A stretch of DNA of 64,000 nt from Glycera tridactyla (taxonomy: Eukaryota). The stretch lies in contig OZ286463.1 of NCBI GenBank assembly GCA_965644265.1, forward strand, positions 72,850,001 through 72,914,000, in the 5' to 3' direction. The notes beneath the pieces are model-generated. The model was not told the origin of the DNA and ran no database searches. It saw only the letters and a program-made list of their open reading frames with translations. Positions within the stretch are counted from its first letter, which is position 1. Each line of letters begins with the position of its first letter. The translations under genes and the position numbers were made by a program. Below are positions 1 through 14,500 of the stretch, piece after piece.

Positions 1-107
1 AATAAATGCATGCTGGAGTGGGAGGAGGGGGTGGGGGAGTGACGAGGCTACTCTTGTCACCTGACTTGTGATGGTGTGAACATCATGTGGGTCACATCAC
101 AAGGGAT

Positions 108-200
108 CCGTCACCTTTGATCTGAAAGGATGCATCACCTTTGATCTGGAAGTATCTTATCACCTTTGATCTGAGAGTAGCCATCATCTTTCATCTGTAC
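108..200. repeat. Four copies of a 24-25-bp tandem repeat (core tcacctttgatctg)
   Basis: Cores at 111, 135, 160 and 184. Confidence 0.85.
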
Positions 201-1142
201 AGATGAAAGGTTTTGAGTTCAGAACCAACTTCAAACTTTTTGATACATGCCAGACTTATCAAAATTCTACTTGGGGAACACCATGGAGATTCTACATCAT
301 TTGGAAAATGTTTCCAAGGTCTTTGAATCTCAATAAATACAATGCTTACAAGTAGACCCCAAAATACTGATTCTTTAAAAAAAAGTTTGATTACATTTCC
401 TGGGGACCTTCTATAAATAAAATTGGTCAGTATGGTGTCAGCATATGGGTTCTCCAAATATTCCCCTGCAGCATCTATGCCTATTTTATTGAGACTCTCA
501 TCTGATTGGGTTTGGGTGTGGGAAGGAACATGCATCTGTGAGACAGTGATTTATAGTGATTCAACCTAGAAAATATTGTTGGCTGGTGTTTTTGTGTAGG
601 ATTCTCTTCTAAAAACTGTTGAAGTCAGGGTGCAGAAATAATCCAGTCATGCAAAATACATACAAACCTGTGCAAAATTCCACCTTAATGTTTGCCCAAT
701 TGATTGCCCTATATTTTGTGTAAACCATCTAATGCAAATCTACCTCTCATGATAGACCACCTGTCTTACTGAACCAGATGGTTTGTCTTTAGTGTGGCCT
801 CTAATCTCATCAACATGTGAGGTCTCCTGTCAAGAGGTGGTCTCTTGTTAGGGGTCTTTGTTGCAAGTTTCACTGTAGCATATACTGTATTCTTGGAACG
901 CAAATGATTTGTTCCCTGGTAATTTCAGCCAATATTGATGCCATAGCACACTCCCAGGGCAGTCAAATAAGAGCTAATTTGAATGATCACCTTCTGCATT
1001 TGGTGTAGCAGGAAACCTTCATCAGTTTTATCAACAGATCATATAGTTGAACCAGTGCCAAAGGCTACTCAAACGGAGGTATTTCACCTGAATGGGCCAC
1101 TCTTTTACATGACTGGTAGCAGCTTACACTATGGACCATGTA

Positions 1143-1319
1143 CAGTCAAACCTCTCTATAAAGACTGCCTTCGGTCGCATCAAAAAGTGGTCTTGATAGG
1201 GAGGTGGTCTTTATTGAGAGGTAATTCACTGTTGAAAATACTACCAATGGTCACAGCTCGGTGGTTTTTATAGGGAGGTGGTCTTTATAGAGAGATGGTC
1301 TTTAGAGGAGGTCTGACTG
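1143..1319. mobile_element. 177-bp Tc1/mariner(pogo)-type MITE, family A
   Basis: TA-CAGTCAAACCTC...GAGGTCTGACTG-TA; imperfect TIRs and TA target duplication; close homologue at 11615. Confidence 0.8.
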
Positions 1320-2489
1320 TATATATTTGAATGAGAAAATATACTCAGATGATTGAGCTTTCTTGATGTAAATTTGATTGAGAAAGTCGCATATTTTCAA
1401 CAGAAAAGGTTACATCTCAAGTTCAGAAGAATGATAGCTGTCCTGTGAAAACTCAGCCATAAGAATTCAATTGAGTAGCTATGGAAAATTTTCTGTTATG
1501 GTGTTGTAATCAAAACAGACTTTGATGATCCTCAAATCTCTAATTTTGTGCTGAGTGGTTTCTAAGGTGATCACACCTTCCTGTATCACTGGGCAGCATT
1601 GTTTATCATAGTGATCAGAGGGGGCTTTGATCTTCCACATGATGCTCACTAGATTTGAAAGTGATCACACCTTCCTGACTCACCCCCAAAAGCCTACTGA
1701 GCAGGAGGGAGGGTGAGTAAGGGGGGTGTTGAGCAGGTGGGAGGAGTTGAGCTAGCCAGTGAGTGAGCACAAGTGGCATATAAATTGCTTGCATGGTGAG
1801 CACAACTCATACAGGTGTGATCAAGCAGTTGTTGAGTCAACATACCCAGATTGGATGTCAGCAGAGTGGAGTTAGACTTACGTGAGAGAGAACATGGGGT
1901 ATCACCCAGGTCTCAGCTATCAGCAGTGTGCCTGCCAGAAGGGACCCACTATCCAGACATGTGTCAAAACACGCTTCTTGAACAAATGGTCTTTCAACAT
2001 AGGCTTTTTCTCCAAAAGGCTTCTAACCAGTGATCTTATACACACAAGACATGTGATCAGCCACTGCAGGTAATGTATAAGAATAAGAATTTTTGATTTA
2101 ATGTCATAATACACAAATGCCCAATAATTAATAGGTGAAGTATATGTGTAGCTTTTTCAAAACAACTGTTGAGGGTCATGNNNNNNNNNNNNNNNNNNNN
2201 NNNNNNNNNNNNNNNNNNNNNNNNNNNNNNNNNNNNNNNNNNNNNNNNNNNNNNNNNNNNNNNNNNNNNNNNNNNNNNNNNNNNNNNNNNNNNNNNNNNN
2301 NNNNNNNNNNNNNNNNNNNNNNNNNNNNNNNNNNNNNNNNNNNNNNNNNNNNNNNNNNNNNNNNNNTATAGGCTGATACTAAAAATGCACATGTTTTCTT
2401 GTAGGTCTCTGATCACACTCAATTCATACATCAGATATCAGCACCCCTAAAATTGATAATATTCACATGACCATATTTCTTTGTTTTAG

Positions 2490-2565
2490 ACAAATTAATC
2501 GTGAGAAAATGAAGGAGGAGCCCAAGACTTTGATGCTGAAGGTCATCCATGAGAGGTCCATGATG
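2490..2565 (+). CDS. ARHGAP20: RhoGAP exon (QINREKMKEEPKTLMLKVIHERSMM), PH-RA linker and start of RA
   Basis: tttcttgttttag acceptor, GTGAGT donor; phase 2 to 0; resembles ARHGAP20 YINLEKEKDYPKSIPLKI. Confidence 0.75.
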
Positions 2566-5500
2566 GTGAGTTCTCTTGATTTCTCAACCGTGAAATTCTC
2601 GATTATGGATAAATTGTCCTTGAATTGAAAAATTCATTCAGACCTGAACATGTGACGCATTTACCCCCGATCCAAGAGGAAGTAAAGTTGTCTTTGGGGT
2701 TTCTTGTTTATTTGTCCCTCAATAAGATGGTGAATATATGTACAATGATTACTGGTAGAACTGAACTTATGAGTGTTTCTTCTCCTACCACAATCTTGTA
2801 GTAAACCCATGTGTATTTGTGTCTGTCTGTCTGCATCTCATTAATCCTGTTTTACATATGTTGCAGAGTAAAAACCTGCTAATTTCAAATGTCGAGGAAA
2901 CTGGAGACATTGTGAAACGATGTATCGAGGAATTCCGAATTGTGAGTATTTCAGTGAACATTTCATTATTTTTGATGGATTCATCCTTATCCACCATTGC
3001 CATAGTCTGTGATTTTCTGCTCCACGGGGTTTGATTTTGGATCAGTCAGAACCCAGTCACTTGTAAAGTAATAGAGTAACCAACAAATTGTCATTTACCG
3101 GTATTTTGTCACATAATCACACCCATATCATAGCAGATGGGGGTCAGTCAGTTGAATTTGCCTTACTTGTGTTGAACATATGGTGAACCTTTCCCACAGG
3201 CTTGGGCATGCTCTCACATTACAATAGCCAAATGAAAATGAAACTGATTAAGCAGCTTTCAGGGTTTCTTTGTTTTGGCTGCACATATTAATATAGATTT
3301 TATCAGTCTTCAGTACAGCTGTTTAAGCAGGATTATTGTATCATGGTTGATTGGCTAATCCATTCACAGGTTATTGTTAACAGGGATTAATGATTCAATC
3401 ACCAAATACTGCCATATTCTGCAGTCATTGTTATAACAGGTGGGGGGTGTTGAACAAATCATGTGTTAATGACCAATATGGACCAAGTACACTTGTGGCC
3501 TTTATAGAGAGGTTGTTGATGGTAAGAAATTCAATGGCAGTCATACCTTAGGTTGGCATATCTAGACAGGTGGCCTCTGTGTAGAGGTGGTCTATACCCA
3601 CATTTGTAGGCCATCCGGAGCAGTGACTGGGATAGATGTGCTTCCTTTCTTCAGTAGTTTCATTTTCTTGGTCCATTATGGTCCAAGAAGCTTGAAGGGT
3701 CATGAAAAGTTGAAGTTTCAATGTTCTTTATTTCAGGAGGGGGATGAAAAAGATTACAAACTGTCCATATCGTCTGGAACAGATGACTCGGAGTATGTGC
3801 TTTCTGGTAAGTGAACATTTGGGCTCAGTAAACATTACAGTCAAACCTGTTCTAAGCATCTGCCCTTCAGGAATCTCTCAAAGGTCATGCAATTCTTATG
3901 AGCTGAAACTGACAACTCAGTTGTCCTTGGCTATCACATAATATGTGCTCTTTCAAGTAGGTTTGCAAACCAGCTTTCATTGACTCAAGATTTGTTTGAA
4001 TGTTGGTCAGTCTTACCTCATGGTTTGCTCATTGGTCATGGATGAATGCCTTGTAACGGGTTCAACTGTTGTGATGATATGATCAGTGCTATTGAGCAGA
4101 TTTAGCTCCTGAGTCTTTTCAGCGTACCTAGGTGGCAGTGTTCAGCACAATGAGAAACTGCCACCTGTTGTAATATTGGGTAACCATCATCAGATGCAGT
4201 TACACTGGTTAGACCTGCTGATAGGAGATTTAAGGGGCCCCCATATCAACTACATGATTTCCATCAAGCCAACTTGCTCCAATATTCTTGTCAGTTTGCT
4301 AGGTATAATCTTGTTAAAATACAATTGATGAGGGGCAACCCAGGATGTCATCGATGAATGGCCTTTCATTAAAGTTGGTCTCTCACCAGAGTGACATCTG
4401 GATATTCCAAATAGAAGAAATCTGGTCTGAGAAAGTGGTCCTTTATCTGTAGTTGGTCTCTGCTAAAGGGTCACTTGTATACCTGCTTGAGAGACCACCT
4501 CAATACATCGTCCATGCAGAGTTCTAACCATGATAGAATTTTTCACAGTGAACCACCTCTCCACAAAGGCTACCTGCCTGCAAATAATACTTTTTGATGA
4601 GATTAAGGGTGGTCTTTGCAGACAGGTTTGACTGTATGTTATGCAATGTCTCTCTTAATCTTGAGTCATGGCTCCTTATCATGCTTTCTCTCTCCACCAT
4701 GGAAATAGTTCACCTTGCTATTCTATGATACACATTTGTTGTTGTCTCAGTCGTGTGACCTCCTTATATGGTTATCGCTACGTCTTTTGTCAGTCATCAT
4801 GCATGAATGACAAAGTTTCTCTCTTTGGATATGTCTAATCAATTGACAACATACTGGATCACTATTGTGTGGATGGATATGATATTACTATCGGACATAC
4901 CATTGTTTTCTGAGGGTTGGTAGCATTTACTTCTCATCAGGGATTGTTCACAGCTGATGCCAGAAACTTCGAACAAACCTTTCATTATCTTCTAGTGAAC
5001 AGTGTATGAGAGTGAAATAGAAAGACTGGATCTTTGTCGTAATGGAAAGAAAATTCCCATGTATACAATTTGGTTGTCAATGTTTCAATATCTGCTAGGT
5101 CGGTCATGGGTTTGGGTTGGAAATTGTATAGCTTGGCACCTTGGTTTTGTCACGAATTCATCTCTCTTAATATTGAAGTACAATGAGACCTTTGACCAGT
5201 GTCTGCCCTAAATGTTATCTTGAAGTGGTCTCTCAGAATAGGTGGGTTCTGATTCAAGGTATATAGGACTTCGTCAAATAGAAAAGCTGCCCTGAAAAAA
5301 GGTCTCACATCAGAGGTGGTCTGCCATTGAGAGGTCTCTCATTGCAGGTTTTACTGTAGTGACCATGATATCAAGCAGTGTGAAAATGTATGCGATCATT
5401 AGTTGACATGAAATCAGTGTTATTGAGTGGGTTCTGATATCTGTAGGTTTATTGCGTAGGTAGTTGGCCATAAAGTGTTGTGTTGGATTGCATCATATTT

Positions 5501-8500
5501 ATCTCTTACTGGGTGCAGTAATCTCTTTATCCTCTGATTAGGATAATCCATGCTCTCTGATGTCCCTGTATCAACCTGCAGTTCACTTCTGTAAGGCCAG
5601 CATACGTGCTCAATGCTAGTGATGAGTGTACGTATTATTGAATAAGTGAGAAAAATCAACTTGAGAGAAAAAGAGAAAAAAAGAAAGAAAAAAGATTGAG
5701 AGGCCCCTACCAGAGAATTTTTGGGCCCAGTGAGTAGATGACCATCAATATTGGCTGGGCCACCGGGTCTCCTTTCTTCAGGGGTCTGAGGTTTAAAGAG
5801 CCCAAAAGCCAGACCCGGTTTTTCACTGATTACCTTCCAAACTCTGCTGTGGGAAAATCTTCACAAATCTCATGAAAAGAAAATGAATGAATAGGCTAGT
5901 CTTAGTAAATTCGACTTGTTATTCGTATTCAAGCAATTCCCATGACAGAATCATGGATGGCATATCTGTAATCAGTGGTGGGATAATCTGGAAGGATTTC
6001 TGGGAAATGGGATGATCACAAACAGGGTTGGGTTGTGGTTTTTAATCCCTATACATTCCATTCATGTCAATACTCATCATCATGGTGTATTTGTCCTTGA
6101 CGTCATACCGCATATGACCATGAGGATGCGTATTGGGTGTAATGATACATACATCCATGATATGTGGCATAGGTGTGCCTGAGATGATGAATGAAGAATC
6201 AGGTCAGAGTGCTAGTCCCCGTATATAGTGTTAAAATGAGTCCAGCGTGTGTTGACAGTGGGCTCTTAACTGATTTGAATTCTAATCAGTCCACCGAGGC
6301 TTCATGATACAACTGCATGATTAAGTCTCTGCTTACACAATGTAACTACAGTTGAACCTGATATAGGCATGCACTGTAATAAGCAGCGACCTTACTTAGG
6401 CAACCATACTGTATTCATGCTTCCAGATTGTACTTAATTTAATCCACCTGTACTAAACATGTACCTTTTCTAAGCATACACTTATGTGTCTTCCTGTGAT
6501 CCCTCTAGGATGAAAAACATTTTAGCAAATGATTTTGGCAAAATTGAATTTTTTTTAGCAATTCAGAAAGCACTTTTTAGGAATCAGAAAGCATTTCTTA
6601 GTTCACCAGAATGAAATCATTCCATCATTCCATTCTTGTATGTGAAATTGGATCAATTTTTAAACAAGTTTGATGTCACCATTGAATACAGGATTCAAAG
6701 GAAGATGTAACATTTTGCTGTATTGACACGCTAGCTGGCTAGCTGATCTGTCCAAAGGGAGTGGTTCAAAAGAACCAGACATCTTGAAAGCTGTTTGGAG
6801 TTGCGCAAATGATTTCCGTAAGGATGAGTCTTGATAAAAGCCCTGCCTACCATTGCTCACATCTGATAAACTGGAATACCAGTTGGTCTGAGTGTCCAGA
6901 TAGAAGTGTGCATGTATTCCTACCACTTACAAGTAGTGTTTATCTTGCTCAGAGATAACACTGCTATGCTGGCCTCACACTCCTATGTGTAATCACTGAC
7001 CATACTGAGGCACTTGAAATACGGTATGCATAATAAATTCATTCAAGTCATATTTCATTATGACAAGTATATTCCAATTGAATCATTCAGAATATCATCA
7101 AAGTTATATTACGTCTGTTCTAGGAGATGTTTTTTTTTGGTGGTATACTTACTTGAATTTTCTGTGTATTTGATGGTGACAGAGGTACCATAGTTTTGGG
7201 GTTTGAAGTGTCATCTAAATCCACTTATCAATAGCTAGGTCAGTGTCCAGTTAGTTGCTGTTATCATCTCCGTAATAGTCAATTTTTATCTGATCGCAGT
7301 ACCCTCAGTTGATCATCATACCTGGGCTAGTTCAAACAGAACCATGTTACTGGATGGACACTGGATTTCAAAACTTTACTGGCTATGATATTTGGAAATA
7401 GGCGGCCTTTTGGAGAAAGGATACTTATCCATGGTTCTATTGACTGAAAATCCATCAAAAATGGATGACAGTTTTGTGGACCTTTTGCGACGGCCTCGTC
7501 GTGGGCGTGATAATAGCAGCAATTCGGGGCGTAGACCACACAGTATGGGATATAATAACAATAATAGCACAGAGACAGTGAGTATGATGCTGGACGCATG
7601 GAACCAGATCGATGACTTATTGATGGGTATCAAACAGATCGGACGAAAATCATCCACAGGAAAACAGAGATCGGGTAGCCAGGATTTAATCGAATTTGAT
7701 AGCAGGAAACATAAACATCATACGCTTCCTTTGCCCGTAGGTCATGAGCATCCTTACTCCATCAAGATGTCACATGTACGGGATGCGGCCAAGGCAAGTG
7801 GAAATGATGTCTTGCATCCTCTGGACCTGGATGCTGATCTCCCAAACCTCCAGTTCATTCTGCGCCATAAGAAAGATGGCAAACTTGATAATGGTGAGTA
7901 TCATTTACTTCATTTCTCCTCCTTGCCCTTGTCCTCCTCTCTCTTTTCCTTCTCCTGCTGCTNNNNNNNNNNNNNNNNNNNNNNNNNNNNNNNNNNNNNN
8001 NNNNNNNNNNNNNNNNNNNNNNNNNNNNNNNNNNNNNNNNNNNNNNNNNNNNNNNNNNNNNNNNNNNNNNNNNNNNNNNNNNNNNNNNNNNNNNNNNNNN
8101 NNNNNNNNNNNNNNNNNNNNTGATGACAGTGGTTCAATCCTCAGTTGAGGCAGGATGCAAAAGCATGCTTCCATTTTATAATGACTGATCTATCCATTGG
8201 GTTTACGAACAACTTCAACGGTGATCATCGCAAAGAGACAGATTTTTACTATCTTCAATGTGATATAGCACATATGGTGTTATAAGTCAGCACTTGGAAA
8301 AAATGAGTTGAGGTAGATTTATGAATATCTTTTCCATGAATGCTTGTATTGTGATGGAACATAAGCCTAGTCAGTTATGTACATTTCCTACTTGCTTCAA
8401 CGATATTGTTTTCGAGGCGATCTCTAGTAACTCTTATTCCATCAAAAGAACAGGCATATTCTGAACCATAATAAACTTGTGACAGACTATTGTTAAAACA

Positions 8501-11500
8501 TTTTCCCAGCCACCATTGTGAAGCATTCTTTGTTGATGTATAGTAGATGGATGATACTAAATGGGCTGCTATTGTCCTTCTAGATGAAAAGAAGAAGAAA
8601 GCCAATCGCAAGTCCCCATTGAGGTTTTTCAAGAAGCGAAGTGGCAGTAACAGTAGTACGACAAGCAAGTTATTTGGTCAGCCCTTGGTGGACAGCGTGC
8701 CAAAACCTATCATGGTAAGTCGGATGAAAGTGTGATCCGGGATCACTTTATTGAGACACTTCCTTCCCCACAAGACTCCATTTTGGGATGTATTTTGTTG
8801 AGCTGATGCAGTGAATGTTAAGATAAGTGGCAATCTCATCAATATTTCACTGAAACTGGAATATCTGGATGTATGCATGAAATCATCGTCGGCATCAGTC
8901 TTCACACAGTAAAAGTGTAAAGTTGACCCCCTCATTTCTGACTTGTATTCTGGTGCAAAAAGCTTCCTGGTATATGCCAGTATGTATGATCATATCCAAA
9001 CTAGATCCCTCATAATTGCTCAGCAAGTTCTATTGATGTCATAGAATTGACTGATTGAATTCAATATAAACATATTGTACTTCTAATTAAACCTGCTGTA
9101 AGAGACCCTACAAATGTTGCCTACCAAGGAAGGTTAATTTTCAGAGATGTCTTTAAGTAGTACTTTATGCCATAAATGACTCAGATTAGATACGTTCATT
9201 GTGGCCTTTGTAGACAGGATAAACTCTATCATAATCATATGTTAATAACCATGAAAGCATGATAAAAATGTTTGATAGCTTTGGTGGGATATCATTTTAG
9301 TCTTCATGAATGCTGACTGTGTTGATGTTTTTCAGGATATTCTGCACCATCTGTTTATTCGTGGACCATACACATGTGGAATATTTCGCAAGTCCGCCAA
9401 TGCTCGTGTTTGTCGCCAGCTGAAGGAACGCCTTGATGCCGGGGATGAGTTGGAAGTTGAAGAAGTCCCCACTCTGGTGGCTGGTGCAACTCTCAAAGTA
9501 AGCTTCCATTGTTAAGGTCTTCATCTACTGCAATCTATGAGCTATTCTGAGCTAAAATGTAGGAATGGGGAGAGGATAGAGGCCAGTATTGGTCGAAGGG
9601 TGTTGACAAATTTGCAGACCGGTAGAGGGATAAGGGTTGCATCTCCTCAAGAGTGTCAAATTATTTCAAATATGGTGTTAGGCTCAACTTATTTTTTCGC
9701 CTCCTCAGCTTTTGGAATAGAACACAGCTCAAATGCTATCTATAATACTGGCTTTGTAACTTATTATGGTTGGTTTACAAAATTCTCAGTTTCCTATCAG
9801 ACTTATGATTTTGTCAATTCAATTTCCACCTGCCCACCAAGAAGATCAACCCGCCCTGGGCAGGTGGCAGCTATCTCTTTTCGCCCAGTAATTTATCTGG
9901 ACAACCAAGGCCTTGTTGATGCCTCTCCCTTCTTATTTGTTTCTGATGTGACACTATACTAATGTTGGACTATACTTTCTTGGTTTCAAGGAGTTTCTGC
10001 GGTGCCTACCGGAGGGTATTCTGGGATTATCGCATTACAAGGACTGGCTGAATCTGATCAATCGGGACATAGATGAGCGAATAAACATTGCACAACAGTG
10101 AGTATTCAGCTGTTAAGAAAATCAATATGTCCCATCACCATCACGGTCATCCCTTGTACAGGAAGCGCTCTCATTTCTTCAATTTGTATCTGAGCATGTT
10201 TGGTCAATTATTGGTAGACTTCTTTTCTCAGTTTTCCTCGAAAAATAGAGACTAATTCCTTCTTCAGGCCAGTAGTAAGATTCATGCAATTACTGAAATT
10301 CTCAATTTTTCATCACAATTACTGTAATTTTCCACCAGAAAATCTCCCACTTCTGGATTTCTTTGCATTGCAGCGGATGAAGTTGTATTAGTAGAGTCAA
10401 ACTTGTCTACATAGTCCACCCATGGTCTCATCAAAAAGTAGACATGGTAGACAGGCAGCTTTTGTAGAGAGGTTGTTTACTGAGGAGAAAAAAATACTGT
10501 CACGTCTCCTGCCCATGGTGACATTTGTAAGCAAGATGTCTTTGTATAGATGTACTCTCGTAACCAGATTGGATAGATAAGGGATAGCATGGGCGAGGTT
10601 GTCGGCCACACCTGAATCAGGGCAGCACCTCCAGGATGTTGCGATTCTTATATCAGCCAGTAGTGGCTTGATCACAACCAGTATTGAATCTCATCACCGT
10701 TATCTCGAGTGGTATGTGTCTGCCTGCGTCATAGACATACTGGACATGTCATATGCATATCATGCATTCGGCAACGTGAATCACTCGGTCTAGAAATAGA
10801 TGATATCACAGAGATGCCAACCAGTATGATTTTTGAGTAGTAACCACTCTTTTTAGGTCAAAATTCCAGCATTTTATGTGTGATGCTGCTCTGCAAAATC
10901 AAGTTTACTCTTATTTTTCCATTGCAAATACTGGCAATGTTACTCTTTGAAATTGTAACTGCTACTAATTTTGTCCATCATTGGCATCTATGGATATCAC
11001 AGTTTGGACTTTGCATGATTTCAACCAAAATTGTAGCCCTCAAAAGTGAATGGAACATTGACAATTCATTCACGTCACGTCACTGAGTTTAGCTGATTGG
11101 AATGAGGTTGGATTTTATGCCTACTCCTCCTCACATCATATTCTGGCATATCACAAAGGAGCAAGGAAATGCTGCTCTAGAGCTTTTGTCCTATGGGACG
11201 TTTATTTTTTTTCCACGTCAACATTGATAGAGAAGGGAAATGCTTGAGTATATCCTTTTACTCCAGATAAGATAAAGCTGAAAAGTTATTACTATTATCA
11301 CGGTATGATTGTGATTCATGAATTCATGACATTGTTACAGTGTCTTTCGCCTGGCATACTTCGATTTGTTGGATCAGTGTGTAGTAGCTTTTGATACACG
11401 TGTATTGAGTGAATCATGTGATATATTCCTATCACACATATCTCCTCATCCTAAAACTTGTTATTGAATACATTTCTCCACTCAAATTATGAATGAAAAA

Positions 11501-14500
11501 TGAAAACCCTTCAGCTTCAATAATTGCCTGAAAACCTATATAATTCATTCATGCCAGTAAAACACACATCTGATGAGAAATGCTGACTTGAGCTTCTGAG
11601 ACGTTAACATAATACAGTCAAACCTCCCTATAAAGACCGCCTTCGGTCGCACCAAAAAGGGTCTTCATAAGGAGGTGGTTTTTATAGGGAGGTCATTTAC
11701 TGTTGAAAGTACTACCACGGTCGCAGTTCAGGGTGGTCTTTATAGGGAGGTGGTCTTTATAGAGAGGTGGTCTTTAGAGGAGGTTCGACTGTATATTGAT
11801 TTGACAGACTTCAGCATGAGTGTATACAGAGTGAACTGCTGCTGGCAGGAATTTTTACCTGATTTCTAATGGTTTTCTATTGTGTTGTAGACTATTTCAA
11901 GAGCTTCCCTCTGCCAACAAGGAGCTGATGAGACACTTGATGTGTGTCCTCTATCACATTGATCGCATGAGTGAAACGAACAACATGACTGCCTACAACA
12001 TGGGCGTCTGTATTGGACCAAGGTCAGTACCATTACATCCACACATTTCTTAGCCTAAGCTCCCATTTAGTCATTTGGGTAACCCCACACATACCAGGCT
12101 GGGCAGTTGGTGCCATGCTGGAGATTCAGGTTCAAATACACAAGGAATCATATGATTCGTGGGATAAGATGTCAGTTGATAGAATCATATACAGGTAGTT
12201 ATCATACAATTGAAAACAAAATGTTGTCTCTATGCAGAGATTTGTCATTAGCCAATTATAGATTCAACTATACAGTGAATTTATTCTCCAGAAAAATCCT
12301 CCAGAAACAATGATGATAATTCATCTGAGTACACATGTATGTCACAATCATTAAAACTGATTATTGATATCATGTCTATTTTTCTGTCCAATAGCTTTAT
12401 CTGGCCATCTCCGGGATCAGAAACCGGTGTAGAGGATGCTGCACAAATCTCGTTTTTGGTGGAGTTCCTTATTAAGAAATGCAATGAGGTGTTCGGTGAA
12501 GGATGTTCTGACCTTTTTGGTGAGCTGGTTGCACAGAAACCTCGCCAGGACTCATCAACAGACTCAGACAGCACTCATAGTCTGCTTGATCAAGGAGGAG
12601 GTAAGAGAGTCAAAGTCCATTTTGAGTAGCGAATCTATAAATTTTCTGTATTCAGATCCCCTTTTCGCGACAACAATACTTGATACTGACGGTTTATATG
12701 GAATGCATCAGATGCATTCTTTGTGATCCGATGGACAGCATGTCCTCGTTGATGATTCCAGAATGCAGGATTTCTCACACATGTGCCATATGTTTGATGA
12801 ACTATCCACAAATTCAGTGGAAATGAGATGTATATGAATTAAATGTATTTAGACATGTATCTATGAATACTGATCTTTGATTAAAATCCTCCTTGCNNNN
12901 NNNNNNNNNNNNNNNNNNNNNNNNNNNNNNNNNNNNNNNNNNNNNNNNNNNNNNNNNNNNNNNNNNNNNNNNNNNNNNNNNNNNNNNNNNNNNNNNNNNN
13001 NNNNNNNNNNNNNNNNNNNNNNNNNNNTTTACACTCATATGCATACACAAAATTCTAAATGTTGGTTCATATGTTTCTAGGTTTACGGCAACGAGGTCGT
13101 GACTCATCATTGGATAGCTTAGAGATGTCGGAAATGGACAGTCAGTCATCTCTCTTGGTAGAGCGTGGTAGTAGTCACATGTCAACTCCACCTCTCAGCT
13201 GTGATTCAGGTCTGGCATTCAGTGATAGTCCTTACACAGAGGAGGACATCGATGCCGCATTTGCACAACGTCTCCTCTCTCGTAGTCTTTCGCACAACGA
13301 CGAACCCCGCATGGAACCTCGTCTTCAGAACAAGTTGAGTCAGAGCTATGATTCTACACTGAATGAGGTGGCGGTCAAGCCTCCCGTTCCACCACCCCGT
13401 CGTCGGAAAAAGGTCCCGTCGCCAGTTCCTGATCCGCATTCTGGATACCCATCTCCACAGCTGCAGGATCATTACAAGCAAGTGCAGCAGGCGCAGTCAC
13501 CGATGCAGCTGCAGAAGCAGCAACTGCAGCAGCAGTATTATGATATGCTCCACCCAGGTCTTATTGCGGGTCATGCAACCTATGTTGCGCCCAGGCCTCC
13601 TGGCTATGCACATCAGCATCACCATTCAGCTGTCCGGCAAATTCAACCACAGCATAAACATCATCAACAACAACAGCAAATACAGCATCAACAACAATTG
13701 CAGCAGCAACAACAACAATTGCAACAGCAACAGCAGTTGCAACAACAACTGCAGCAGCAACATCAGCTCTTGCAGCAGCAGCAACAGAAACTTGCGATGC
13801 GATATGCTTCGTTCCAAGAGAGGGACGCCTATAGTGAGCCCGAGAATTCGCAGTCTGCTCCCATGTCCCATTTCAGCCCCCCAGATCAGAATTTTGCTAG
13901 GTCTGTACCCATCTATTTACAACCCCACAATGCTTACAATTCACAACCAGAACCAGTTTCTTCGCAGACTTCATCCGTGTATTCATCATCGCCCATGTCC
14001 GGAAGTGATGAGCCAGTATCATATGGTAATGAGCAATCGTCTCCCATGCCGCTGCAGATGTCGAGCAATGGCTTCAGTAACGGCGATCAGCCAACAATGA
14101 CGGGAGGCCGTTATCATCAACTTGCTCACTCTTCATCCTCACCGGTCCTCGCATATGACCAAGAAGGAAACATGTTTCGCAAAGCACGTTCTGGTATGAC
14201 TGCTAAAGGTGCTGATATCTTCCCCCGTCTTCGTCATTCTGAGAGCTTCTCACATTCCCGACCAATTGAACCTTTACCTTCGTATGAAGAGACTTTAGCA
14301 AGGCAAAGGGAACTTCAGCGCCAGAATACGCAGAAAGCAAGACAGCTGTATGAGGCAAGTATTCGGCAGTATGAAACAACTGCTAATGATAAAGAGAGCA
14401 GTCAGGTCAGAACTGAGAAGCCAAGGAGAAATACGAGTCCATCAAAGAATGGTGTTTCACAAAATACTCCTTCAAGACAATCTCATGAGAATGTACATAT

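Noticed and set aside
1-2180. Search for upstream PH-domain exons of the RhoGAP (for example 1010-1079)
   Set aside because: No segment with the expected motifs and a phase-2 donor; these exons probably lie outside the window or in the gap
8547-8583. MDDTKWAAIVLL as the start of the 8547 ORF, or the NAGNAG acceptor at 8541-8546
   Set aside because: Phase-incompatible with the upstream exon; the acceptor at 8583 fits
9537-9962. 141-aa intronic ORF
   Set aside because: No recognisable domain; overlaps repeat-like sequence within a RhoGAP intron
11570-11607. CUGAUGA...GAGACGUU hammerhead-like trace on the plus strand
   Set aside because: GAAA core is mutated and stem II closure is broken; too degenerate to call
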